A stretch of DNA of 63,197 nucleotides, counting the filler, from Trichomonas gallinae (lineage: Eukaryota), in the NCBI GenBank assembly GCA_008369845.1. It is 10 parts of 10 records of this genome, joined end to end, with 100 filler letters (N's around TTAATTAATTAA, not from the genome) between each part and the next. Parts side by side here need not be neighbours in the genome. Positions count along the whole stretch, not along the records: positions 1 to 17,068 come from MRSU01000124.1; positions 17,169 to 33,396 come from MRSU01000125.1; 8 more parts are not named here. The stretch is one strand, 5' to 3'. Both the position numbers and the translations under genes were made by a program. The notes below the pieces were generated by a model. The model saw nothing but the letters and a program-made list of their open reading frames with translations, made no database searches and was not told where the DNA came from. This document shows positions 11,101 through 21,499 of this stretch, one piece after another. Each line of letters begins with the position of its first letter. Within the stretch, counting starts at the first letter, position 1.

Positions 11101-11519
11101 ACAACTCAGTTTTCGACTTCAGTTCTGTCAGTGTTCCTCAAAGCGAAGAACGAAAAAGCTTATCAAGAACGATATCTACTGAAACAGTTTTTGAAAACGA
11201 AAGTAAGACTCGCGAGTTCAACATCTTTACCTCTAATATATACGAAATGGAGCCAACGCATGAAGCTATTCCTACACCACCGCAAGATGCTTTCTCTACA
11301 TCTACATCTGCTTCACAAAGCTCATGGCAGACGCCTCGAAAGGTCATAAATGGTCAAGATCCTGAAATCGATGGATATAAATTCTCAACATTCTTAGAAG
11401 AGCTGCGTGAAAGGATCGTTTCTGAGGATATCGCTCAGGAGCTCTTCTTGAAGCGCGGAAAGAAGGTTCATTGGGCTGTCGCAGACTTCTACAAACTTCT
11501 TTTCGAAAAAGATCAATAA
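8136..11519 (+). CDS. Large protein with N-terminal ubiquitin-like and UBA domains, a duplicated helical domain and an S/T/P-rich tail
   Basis: KIVLKYKGKVLDD (UBL) and VNQCINLGFSRTQVMNALINSNNDLEKAITLL (UBA). Two similar ~150-aa blocks (YDDFLNSI...WNKISVNELELI and YDEFLASI...WQRITLNEFKLL). PEKSP repeats. Confidence 0.8.
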   Translation: MGGDSEHICIHFTDSDFIDMNMALAGKQKVFDVKNFISECCHVDADKIVLKYKGKVLDDNLVLSKKNAKSQWDCFLKEKLPSKQVAITEPDPEKVNQCINLGFSRTQVMNALINSNNDLEKAITLLTAKPIPMISMPSDNGTKKGSQSNSNSADSSALIDSQITAITPPYDDFLNSIPVDKYVMSHYSIFGYADSDFSAFINGVRNNIVSTHEFHTFRTRCASITADELKIITNFRQNPESLPDELRTFYSNLLENNRKILLFQNTIPAPTILKQIAESRGKSSEIMQNISKDWNKISVNELELIIEIRKRKLSIENQPKPAESTPIPFEYLPLHYDEFLASIRSDVKPSDVSFSVFGFEGENYDDLLFHIHESKPTVAQFEKYRERMIQIDFHEQRRIIEFRNRRIYIPKEAIDYYEHLQMDTRQLLLYSKQVSDPGTFIQQIINRQPEPHLFEKLTVNWQRITLNEFKLLLKLRTMPEGSKSRPRVSDDINDLKEEFEQVSDPEIQPDFLLTGNFEKSIAVISFSFLSSVHLFARRHKPSVKELSEFLVYVFSRCPHVEKRSLKKIPQIHSSKYLCIDRRYFGNTKLAKMLKDSDSMDEIAKKIKSKVAKQTAAANIPANLTHVNSVPLLMNQHDTETEVDLTINLELDQNDSDTKAPVKLFSSSDMKSAAGLVVTANPPAPILIRTEPMLADEDGEKSKKSTRRSYSSKSASNSAASKKDETHSVSQKGPTYLTVPQINTNYTVSQKAPNITVPEKSPGKSPNITSPEMSPAQKTPEKSPSKHPTEKYPSSSTSEKSPNITAPEKSEISPIITLKSPSITASSKQTERTDNESDSDNNSQKKFNRQISFQQIVGIGQLYRDSVAINTDKPSEEEKNDTGTQMNHIDYTETASNTEKIKYSETTTNTEKVIYSDLGVNPSRDNYSDRSTQSSVIKFADQETNTATQQQKQVNLEISTTKEIFVGKTPKRYNQVTNTSSVKPDNKYVHNSVFDFSSVSVPQSEERKSLSRTISTETVFENESKTREFNIFTSNIYEMEPTHEAIPTPPQDAFSTSTSASQSSWQTPRKVINGQDPEIDGYKFSTFLEELRERIVSEDIAQELFLKRGKKVHWAVADFYKLLFEKDQ

Positions 11520-12085
11520 GTTTATATTTTATTTTTGTTTGTTATTTTATTATATTGTATATATTACGAATGATTGTGATTAAAAACATTTATCGCACAT
11601 TCTCAGCATTGTTTAGACAGAATAAATAGAATTTTTGTTTTTTCAATTATTTTTCAGTTCTCGAATTTTGATTTCGATGAAGCCTTTTCTACAAGGGTAT
11701 AATTATAACAGCAGCTTATAACATGTTCATGAACATGGTATTTTAATTATGACTCATAAATTTTAACACATTGAATCATAATGACTCGTAAAATTTGGCA
11801 CGTGAAGGTCAAGCAAAGGCTACTTACATCCACAAACGATAGAAAGTTGACAAGAGACCTTCATTATAAAGTCTGGCTTATCGAACACATTCAATATTCA
11901 TTTGTTTTTGATTCTAAAAAATCTTGACATTGTAAATTGTCATATGTCAAATAAAATATTTACAAAATATAACACAACCAAATTCTTTATATATTCCATT
12001 CATGTTATAGAATATAACACAAATCCTGCAATTAAATTTCAGTGTACATTGAGAAAAAATCATCCAAATTTAAAATTTTAAAAAT

Positions 12086-12959
12086 TTATGCAGTTGTTCC
12101 GGAGCCTGATGATTTTGCATCCTTTCTGCAATGGCAACAGCTGTAACAGCAGCATGATGCGCAGCATAAGCAGAAATTACAACACAAAACGATACCTACA
12201 GCTATAATGACACCTATTAGGACAAAAATAGATACAATTATTGCTATTGCATTCTTTGAACTACTGTCCATAGGAGATGTCCTATATATTTCATCATGGA
12301 AACAGAAAACGCGACTTTCTGCCGAAATTGTTCCAAGGAGTGGATTTTGTTGGCAATTAGATTGATCTTGGGAACAATCATAGCCACCTATCGTAATTTT
12401 GGCTTTAAACATTTGAAAATAATCCTAGTACATACAATGTTACATCAGGCTTTAAAAATATTATGACACCATATAAAGTTAAAGTTGGTAAATTAGAAAG
12501 AAGAATGGATGACTATCAGGTTGATTGCTCTGAGCAAAATAAAAAATGCAAAGTCAAAATTACGATATAGGTTACTCCAACATTCTCATCACCTGTGTCC
12601 TTCAATTCCAAGCCATCAACTGCATCCATGCTTGCATAATAATGTTTGGAATACTTATTCGAAAGGTGTAATAGCTTGGCAGAAAAATCGTTAGAAAATT
12701 TTTCATTAGTCTTAACTTTGATATATGCTGGATGAGTAAAATCAGGGACAGAATCTAATTTCAAAGGTGAAAGTCGCACCGGCTCATCATAAGCATTCTT
12801 GGAGGGATTCCATACAGATGCATGATATTGATGGAATGAGATTCCATCTATATATATTGATGGAAGTCATGTCCTTGAGATAGCTTTCAGTTCTTAATTG
12901 ATTTGAGTCGCTATGGAATCAGCTTCATGAAGATGCTCAACAAGCAAGTTGAACTCCAT
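12086..12959 (-). pseudogene. Fragmented single-pass membrane protein with Cys-rich cytoplasmic tail
   Basis: Consecutive same-strand ORF pieces (12516..12779, 12086..12412) interrupted by stops/frameshifts. TM segment AIAIIVSIFVLIGVIIAVGIVL followed by CCNFCLCCASCCCYSCC. Candidate ATG at 12959. Confidence 0.5.
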
Positions 12960-15182
12960 TAAAAAAATGGAAATAAACGTCCCATAACGTACCAAAAAAT
13001 AGGGCGATAACTGAAAAAACAGGGGAAAAAATTATAATAGGATGCGATTCAAGACTCAATAATATATGATATTCAGTGTGTTGTTGTGGGCTATCTATAT
13101 CAGTGTTCAAATCGAATCTAGCACACTTCTAACTTGAGATGCTCACGAAAGTCCGGACACCCTATAAATATCGAGGTGAAACATCTCGTGGTATTGCTCG
13201 TAATTTTTTATTCCTTGCCAGGAAATAATTCTTCGTAGTCTGTACATTCCCCACTGAATGGAACTGTTGCAAGTGCTAGTCTTGTCCTCAATGTTTAAAA
13301 TAATGAAGTGATCTTCATCCTTTGAAATCATTTTGAAATGGATTCAATTTTAGATTAATATTGAAAATTAAATACATGACAATTGATGCCATGATAGAAA
13401 TGACATAATTATCAATTCTATAAAGTTCCGGAAAACAAATAAAAAAATAAATGGATTTTTACGAAAAAGACTCAACTAAAAAATAAATGTATTAGCATGT
13501 TTACATAATTAATTAATTAAAGGAAGCAACAACTTTCTCAAAATTGTGCGAAACATCAAGCGTTCTTTTGAACCCACTAAATCATTCACAATGACCTAAC
13601 TTTTAGTAAAAAATAATTTTGAATGCAATAGAATATTTTTTTCTGAGTGGAATTCAATTAACGAAAAATTAATATTAGGGGGTTTTAATGCAAATAGAGT
13701 ATTTCTATTAGTTTGAGAAAATCGCAAATGAGATTGAGAACTTCAATTTTTCAGAAGCGGATTAAGAATTATGTGCGGATCCGATTTTGGACGTCAATAT
13801 AATATTGACAATATTATTTGTTTAATTTAATGATTTCATAATTAATATCTTAAACTGTAAAATACAGAGCGAACCCATATCAATTTTTCGAAATTTAAAA
13901 ATCATATATATTGTATAAGCAAATAATAATATTATGATAATTCTGATTTTTGGTTTCACTTTAGTCCGTTTGGTTTTCATAAAAAAATGGTTGTTTTTTG
14001 TTCTCTAAATCGGATAACAGTAAATTGGAATATATGTTAATACTACTTATACGATTATTTTCAATTCAAATTTCAATGCAATTTAAAGTGAAAATAATCA
14101 TAAGCATGATAATTGAATATTTCGGACATTTTCACATATGCTTTCGCGCCCGTAAAACGTGTGAAATATTCTAATTTTAGGAAATGACAAGAGCCTTGAT
14201 TGTCTTCACTTTAACAATGTTATATGTGATGTGTAATTAATATGAGAATCAAAAATATATCATAAAAAATAATCAAAATCACGAAAATAACAAGTATTGG
14301 ATCTAAAATAACAAGTATTGATTAATTTTATATAATATCTCAAATACCTAGACATTTTTAATTATATTTGTATGCTTATATTGATGCATTATCCATTATA
14401 TTTTTTCCCCAAAAATATTGTTTTTTAAATTGAATCGTTTGGGAATGTAATGCGCTCATAAAAATCCTCTAAACAGCATATTTTAACAATTTATCTTGAG
14501 ATTTTGTTGACTAAACCTATAAAAAAATATTTTTTAAAAAGGATATAATGGAATTGGACAGTAATTATTGGGCTTTTCCAAGTAATATTAAATGAATATA
14601 TACTGGTATATATGAATAATCGATGATTAAATATTGAACAATTTTCTAAAGTTAATCAACATACGAATCCTTCACATCATATTATATTTATCAAAAAGTA
14701 TATGCATTGGACTGTGCAATTTTGTGATTTTTGAATTTTTGGTGATGTTCAATCATCGAATCATTCAAAATATACTTTTTGAGAGGATCGAAGCAGTATA
14801 AAACGGCTATGTAGTAAATACACATTGCAATGCATATATGTTTGTTCGCATTATAGCAATAAAATACTCGAGAATTAGAAAACACTACATAAAAAGACAG
14901 TAATCAAAATCTCGTCATTGTAAATAACATTAGTATGGTATATGGTATTTAAAAATAGGCTTGTTTTAGTAAAAATAAAAAAATCAAAGAACGATCAAAT
15001 GTAATTTCGAGTTTTTTGTTAATATTTAGATATTTTAGACGATATAGTAGCTGTTTTTGATAAAAAATTGAGGTTTTAGCAGTTGGCAAAATGACGTCAC
15101 ATTTGCACGTTCGTAGACTATATATATCCAAAATAATAAAAAAATAAAGAAAAAATTTCGACGATAAATTTAAAAAAATCTT

Positions 15183-17068
15183 ATGGACCGGAATATTTCC
15201 ACAATCATATTATATCCTGGCGAAGTAGTCAGCGCTACAGCGAAAACGGGTAACAAGCACACTATGCTTTCCATTGCTAGCGCTGATCCTACTTCAAAAG
15301 AACAAAACATGACATTATCTGGAAATTATAAGCCAGTCTGCACATTCTCATCAGATAAGACATTGGTTCACATAAAAGGTGTCGAAATTACTGAGAAGCA
15401 GATCTATTTCTCTGTTACAGAAGGAAAAACCCCAATTAGACTTTGCTTCACTTCTGATTCGATCGAAGGATTGAACTATACAACGATACAGCCAGAAGTT
15501 AAATGGTGCGTTCCAGTCGAAAGGCTCGCTAGAACACTGACAAGCCAAATAAATAAGATTAAAAACACTGAACGACCAATTATCGAGCTTGCTTTCTACA
15601 TGAGCTTCATGCTCAAGCAGCCGTTTTTCCAACAACTGCATTTCCAAGTCCCATCTAACATCCAAGAGATTATTCTCGAAGCTATTCCTGAAATGAACTT
15701 GAATATCGCCGAAATCATCCCGCAATTCATCAAGATCATTGATGCTCACATTGCACAAAACCACACCCTGAATTTCGGTATGTCTTATATATTTATTCAA
15801 ACAATCAACCAATTCCCAGATTGCTTCGACCTCGTTCTTGAAGCAGCGAAGGCATCAAAATACTACTTCGAAATAATCACAATAATCATGCACTCAATTC
15901 ATGCGCCATTATTAAAGCCCCTCGTCCAGACACTCGAAATCCCAGAATCACCAGACAAAGAGGTTGTTGAAGCTTACCTCGAGTTCTGTGCGCTCAGTGG
16001 TGCCCCAGTTTCCAAAGATTTGTACGAACAATTCTTAAGAATCGCAACACGTCGCCAGCTCAGGACATTAGTCCCATCATACGTCGATAACACGCCTCTT
16101 GATGGTCAGGAAATCACTGTTGAGGTTACAATCCCAGATTTACCAACATCATCTCAAAAGTCTCCCAAATCGAACGTTGATGACATCCTCGAGAGAGCCC
16201 GCGCACGCAGATCAGCACAGACTACACCAATCGCCAACAAGACAAGAAGCTCAAGGAATACACCAAGAAAACAGCTCGATGAAACAGAAGAAGACATTGC
16301 CGTCGTTGAGAGGTCCATCGACCCAGTGTTAGACGATTCCATGGCCGCTGACAACGAAGCTGATAAGAAGAAGGCTGAAGAGGCAAGAAGAAAGGCAGAA
16401 GAAGAAAAGAAGAAGGTCGAGGAACAGAGAAAGAAGATCGAAGAGGAACGCAAGAAGCTCGAAGAAGAAAAGAGAAAGTTCGAGGAGGAAAAGAAGCTAG
16501 CCGAAGAAGAAGCCAAGAAGAAGGCCGAACAAGCAGCCGAAGAAGCCAGAAAGAAGGCTGAAGAAGAGGTCAGAAAGAAAGCTGAAGAAGAAGCCAAAAA
16601 GAAGGCTGAAGAAGAGGCCAGAAAGAAGGCTGAAGAAGAGGTCAGAAAGAAAGCTGAGGAAGAAGCTAGAATCAAAGCCGAAGAAGAGCGTAAGAAATTA
16701 GAAGAAGAAAAGAAGAAGGCTGAAGAAGAGGCTAGAAAGAAGGCAGAAGAAGAGGCTAGAAAGAAGGCAGAAGAAGAAAGAAAGAAATTAGAAGAAGAAA
16801 AGAAGAAAATTGAAGAAGAGAAGAAGAAGGCCGAACAAGCAGCTGAAGAGGCAAGGAAGAAGGCTGAAGAAGAGCGCAAGAAATTAGAGGAAGAAAAGAA
16901 GAAGATTGAAGAACTGAAGAAGGCCGAAGAGGAAGCCAAGAAGATGGAAGAGGCACGAAAGGCCGAGGAAGCTAGAGTCGCTGCTGAAAAGAAGGCCGAA
17001 GAGGAAAGAATTGCTGCAGAAAAGAAGGCAGCTGAAGAAGCCAAGAAGAAGGCCGAAGAGGAAAGAAT
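15183..17068 (+). CDS. Hypothetical protein with C-terminal charged (K/A/E) repeat helix; truncated at contig end
   Basis: Globular N-terminal half followed by many KKAEEEAR/KKLEEEKK repeats running into the linker. Confidence 0.8.
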
Positions 17069-17168
17069 NNNNNNNNNNNNNNNNNNNNNNNNNNNNNNNN
17101 NNNNNNNNNNNNTTAATTAATTAANNNNNNNNNNNNNNNNNNNNNNNNNNNNNNNNNNNNNNNNNNNN
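17069..17168. other. Artificial contig linker
   Basis: 44 N + TTAATTAATTAA (stops in six frames) + 44 N. Confidence 0.97.
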
Positions 17169-17386
17169 TCCAAATTATAGCATTATTCCAAATTCACTTT
17201 ATTCGAATAAAGTCATGGTGATTCCACTAAAAACGGTGATGACTATAAGCCCCAATATCCTCATCGACTGACTGGCAAAATATCTAGTTAGAAAAAATGC
17301 ATTCTCTCAAGCAATAAAGATTGATATAAAAGACACGAAATTAACATGTCAAAAAACAGATATAAAAGATTTAAATAATAAAATTC

Positions 17387-17446
17387 GTGACAAATTTTGA
17401 AAAGATTTATAAAAGTGACAAATTTTGAAAAGATTTATAAAAGTGA
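17387..17446 (+). repeat. 28-bp perfect tandem duplication containing the AAAGTGAC motif
   Basis: GTGACAAATTTTGAAAAGATTTATAAAA x2 (17387-17414, 17415-17442) plus GTGA. Confidence 0.9.
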
Positions 17447-17488
17447 GGGAATAAAAGTGACAAAACAAACGTCCGTTTATTGTGAATA

Positions 17489-18997
17489 ATGGAGAATCCT
17501 CAGGAGGTTAAAGAGCTCCGCAACAAGCTGCGGATGATGAAATTCCCGCAGGATGACATCCTTAACACAGTTAGAAAGCAGCAGCGCGCGATTGAAAAGC
17601 AAAAACAAGCGAATGAAACAATTAAAATGCAAATTCAGAAGTATGAAGAAGAAATAGAAGGATATGAGAAGTCTATTCGTGATTATAAATCGAGTGAAGA
17701 ACGTCAAAACCTTGTAGCTAAAAAGAAAAATCTTACAAACAAATTAGGCATCTTGCAGGCCGACTTCAAGGCTGAAGATGACAAGCGACGTCGCCTCGAG
17801 GAACAAGTTTCTAAAGCGCGTTCTAAGGCAGGCGGAATGTTTGCTCAAGCTCAAGAAAACGAAAATCTCGCTTCAAAAGTTCACACAATCGAAAACAGAC
17901 TCGATCAAGCGCTCAACCAATACAACAAGCAGCTGAAGAAGCTCGAGGCATCACGTGATCACATCGACGAGCTTCGCCAAGAAAGAAAGAATTTCAATCA
18001 AGTCTACAGCAAGCTAGATAAGGAACAGACACGTAATGCTGATGATATCGCATCATTAATCGACCAGTCCAACAAATCTTACACGATTCGCGATCAAAGA
18101 AAGATAGATTTGGTTTTACTCCAGAAGGAAGAGAAACAGGATCAAGCTGAAGATGAGGCAGAATTAACAAGGCTCAACCAGATGATTGAAGGCCAAACTT
18201 TGCTCGCAATGCATCAGCACACAGAGCAAGCGCCAATTCCATCATTATCAAGCCAGAGCACAAACCAGACTGACCAGCAAGAAGAGCTACAGAAGGAAAT
18301 CGACTCCAAGTCACAACTAGTCAACCAAATCCTTTCTGCAACGAAATGTCAAAAATTAGATGAGTTATTCCAGAAATTCACAGATTATGAGAACGAAAAC
18401 TACTCTCTATTCAACTTTGTCGTTCAGAGGGGCGCAGAAAAATCCAACATTATCGATGAAATAGATATGCTCCAAAGAAGATCTGCGGAATTAGACGCAA
18501 ATGTCGAGCTCACTGAAGAGCAGCAGAATGAGAGACTCAAAATCCTCGCTGAGCGCATGGAAACAACAGAAAAGAACGTTGCTAATCTCACAGATGTGAA
18601 AGAATCCAACGACGCACAGATTAAGAAGCTCTACGACGAGCTAGAGAACTTCTACAACTTGCTAGAACTACCATGGGACAACATGCCTGACGAAAAGAAG
18701 CATATTACTCCACTAAACTCAATGTTTTGCTTAACACAGATAGAAAACAAGCTGGCTGCATTCATGGACGATGTCATGGCCAGGTCATCACAGATAAACA
18801 TAGACTCTAGAGAATTCTCGTCAAGCGGAGACAAGAAGCTCGCTTCACAGAGAACCTTGCTCATTTCAAACCCATCGAAGATATTCGACGTCTCTAATGA
18901 CCAGAGAACTGGCTCTGAGAAGGATTTGCTCGCTGGTGTCGCTAAGCCTTTGTCTGTAGAAGAGATGAGAGCCAAAGTTGGCTTGAAACTCAACTGA
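17489..18997 (+). CDS. Outer dynein arm docking complex subunit (DC2/ODA1, CCDC114/CCDC63-like) coiled-coil protein
   Basis: IENRLDQALNQYN...HIDELRQER and YENENYSLFNFV match conserved ODA-DC2 family blocks; long coiled coils. Confidence 0.75.
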   Translation: MENPQEVKELRNKLRMMKFPQDDILNTVRKQQRAIEKQKQANETIKMQIQKYEEEIEGYEKSIRDYKSSEERQNLVAKKKNLTNKLGILQADFKAEDDKRRRLEEQVSKARSKAGGMFAQAQENENLASKVHTIENRLDQALNQYNKQLKKLEASRDHIDELRQERKNFNQVYSKLDKEQTRNADDIASLIDQSNKSYTIRDQRKIDLVLLQKEEKQDQAEDEAELTRLNQMIEGQTLLAMHQHTEQAPIPSLSSQSTNQTDQQEELQKEIDSKSQLVNQILSATKCQKLDELFQKFTDYENENYSLFNFVVQRGAEKSNIIDEIDMLQRRSAELDANVELTEEQQNERLKILAERMETTEKNVANLTDVKESNDAQIKKLYDELENFYNLLELPWDNMPDEKKHITPLNSMFCLTQIENKLAAFMDDVMARSSQINIDSREFSSSGDKKLASQRTLLISNPSKIFDVSNDQRTGSEKDLLAGVAKPLSVEEMRAKVGLKLN

Positions 18998-19550
18998 AAT
19001 TTTGATTTATTTTATTTTTTGTGTTATAGAAAGGAAAATAAACGTTATTTTTATTGTTTTCACATAGGTTATTGCATTTACAACCATAACAATGCTTTAA
19101 ACAAAGATTTTATTTTTTTTATATTTCTAAATATTATTAAATGCATCTTTGCTAAGGGATTTAGAATCTCATAGAGTTGTATGTTTCATCTATGTGATAA
19201 AAAGTATGAGGCATCGCTTAAAATATGCAACCAAAAAATATATAATTTATACGAAAAAAGAAGCGAACTAATAAATAACGAATGATTTAATATTTAGTGG
19301 TTGTGATAATGTCGGTTCCATAGGAGAAAATGGGTTATTCGGCTTCATTTTATAAAATTTCGGTCCGAAACTATTATTTGAATACCTTATAGAATTTTTT
19401 GAGAGCGGATTCTTAAATAGGGGCTTTTATAAGAAATAAAGGACTATAAAATAAGAAATTTTAATAAAATAATTAGAAATTAGTATTTGAATCCATATAA
19501 GGACAAAAATTTTATGACCACACCTGTAACTATTCAAAATATTTTCTTAT

Positions 19551-19720
19551 GTTTACATGGAAAGATCTCAATTATTGTAAAGTTTACAAAATAACTCTCA
19601 ATTTTATAATGTTTACAAAATGACTCTCAATTTTATAATGTTTACAAAATATCTCTCAATATTTGATATGTTTACAATACCAATCTCAATTTTTGATATA
19701 TTTACAATGATTCCCTCAAA
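19551..19720 (+). repeat. Degenerate tandem array, 6 units of ~29-31 bp (GTTTACAAAATRACTCTCAATTTTATAAT-like)
   Basis: (G/A)TTTAC at 19551, 19582, 19611, 19640, 19670 and 19700, each followed by a CTCAA core. Confidence 0.9.
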
Positions 19721-19782
19721 TAATTGAGAAGGGTATTGATTATATTTTCTGAACAGTGGACCTCATCATTTTTTTTAATAGA

Positions 19783-20505
19783 ATGCAACCAGGTTCTAAG
19801 CTCGCTGAGTCCAATGATATCGTCAAGTCCTTCCTTAAGACTTTCTCACGCTTCCTTCGTCGTGATTTCCTTGCTATTCTTGTTAAGATGACTGCAAAGG
19901 AGCTTGGCATCAGAACAGTTCGCTGCGACTGGCGTACACGCAAGGGAATGCTCGCATTCCTTTCCAACTCATGGGATCGCTTCGTTGATCTTACCTCTCG
20001 AGATACAATCTTCAAATGGTACTGCGTTAACTTTGACTCCTTGGAGAAGGTCCTTTCCAACAGGAAACTCATGATGTTCATTTATGCAAACTGGTCGGAG
20101 CATGGTTCATTCCTTTCATCTCCTTCCACATTATTATTAATAAAGAACAGTCAGAACGAGATCGAATCATTCCTTACGGCTGGTGCTAATGGCAGAAACC
20201 AGGCTTGGGCCGAGACAGAAGCCGGCAAGCAACTTTCTGACCTGATCAGCCACTTCAAAGGCGCTTCTCCAGTGGCTGCGCCAGTTAAACCTGCTGGCAA
20301 GCCTATTGTTGAAGCAATCAAGCCTATTGAACCACAGGAGACAGCCAACTTTGACGTTTCTTTAGAAACCTCCCCAGAGGACGAGATCGTCATCGAATGT
20401 TCGTACGATTGCCTCCCATTCGAGATTGGGAGCTTTGGATTGAACGAATACCCGGCTGGCCTTCGCGTCGATGATCCATATTTATTCGACGACTATTCTC
20501 TGTAA
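19783..20505 (+). CDS. Hypothetical protein with basic helical N-terminus and acidic/aromatic C-terminus (possible regulator)
   Basis: Inr TCATTT at 19766-19771 precedes ATG 19783; biased trichomonad-like codon usage; three degenerate ~20-aa aromatic-ended helical repeats. Confidence 0.8.
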   Translation: MQPGSKLAESNDIVKSFLKTFSRFLRRDFLAILVKMTAKELGIRTVRCDWRTRKGMLAFLSNSWDRFVDLTSRDTIFKWYCVNFDSLEKVLSNRKLMMFIYANWSEHGSFLSSPSTLLLIKNSQNEIESFLTAGANGRNQAWAETEAGKQLSDLISHFKGASPVAAPVKPAGKPIVEAIKPIEPQETANFDVSLETSPEDEIVIECSYDCLPFEIGSFGLNEYPAGLRVDDPYLFDDYSL

Positions 20506-20530
20506 GTTAACTGTTTATTTATTAATTTTA

Positions 20531-21035
20531 CAGCGCCCTCGGACACGCTTTTATTGCTGGTGAACAGTTTTGTGGATCGGCAACGATCCCTTCAATTCTT
20601 ACACAAGGTTTCTATCAAACGAATCCTTTGGATTGACCACCGGCTTTCCTTCATGGATTTGACCGGCTTGGTAATTACATGCCATTCCAAATCGATATGA
20701 AAGGCTTCTTCACATTTTTATTGTGGGAAATACCGAATATCATTGGAAATATTGATAGTCTGGATGTTATCCAGTCTATCACTTAATAATGAAGACTGCG
20801 AATTGTGGTTGGTAGATAATTTTTAATTTAATTATCTATGGGCATTGAAATCTTGTGTTTTAGCTATTCCCATATGCAGGCAACTGGTTCTGGGAATTGC
20901 ACTTCCCAGTATACCGTGATTGGTTTGATCTTGAAATTTATTCGTTTTGAGATCTAATTCGGAAGTGCTTGGCTCTTTAATTTAATTTAGCAAGACTGTG
21001 ACATCGGGAATTTATGTGGGTTTGATTTGTGCGTT
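20531..21035 (+). ncRNA. Candidate structured RNA (long structured 3' UTR or independent ncRNA)
   Basis: Several stem-loops including GGATCG-GCAA-CGATCC (20574-20589), 20753-20781, 20813-20838, 20890-20909 and 20927-20954 (with G-U pairs). More GC-rich than flanking intergenic DNA, no ORF in the track, followed by a T-rich tract. Confidence 0.4.
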
Positions 21036-21499
21036 CTTTTTTATATTTTTTTCATTTTTTTTCGTATTTGAGTTGATGAGAATTACAACAATAAGCTACT
21101 TGAGAAATAAGGAGTTAACACACCATAGAGATCAAATCAGTTATAATCAAATTTTATTTTTTTTGATTTGAATCTTTGTGAAATGTCTTGAACTAGACGA
21201 TCTGAGTATTAACTTCTTCGTTGTAACTTTCTCAATTCAAGTATTTCCTATCCTTTGCTATGAATTTGAAAATTCATAACATTTTTTTTAAGAATTAAGG
21301 AAATACCTGACGATTTATTTCCTTATTTATCATTTCTTTCAGATATCAGCTGAATGAGAATCAAAGAAAAATTGGTTTTTCTATTTCAATGAAATATCAG
21401 TTAATTATATGGATTGTGAAGCAACATTTAGATATATAGATACTATTTAGCTCAATAATATGATTTAATCCGAATATAAAATACAAATTATATAACAAT

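Noticed and set aside
13143..15131. Short ORFs (60-64 aa) and a 16-bp direct repeat in a long AT-rich intergenic region
   Set aside because: No coding signature; compatible with chance in AT-rich DNA
16154..17044. 296-aa S/F/A-rich minus-strand ORF
   Set aside because: Antisense shadow of the KKAEEE repeat region
17113..17124. TTAATTAATTAA repeated nine times as a possible biological repeat or TTAA target site
   Set aside because: Always centred in exactly 88 Ns; it is a synthetic six-frame-stop linker
19551..19720. CRISPR-like array
   Set aside because: Units are contiguous degenerate tandem copies with no unique spacers, no cas genes, and the context is eukaryotic
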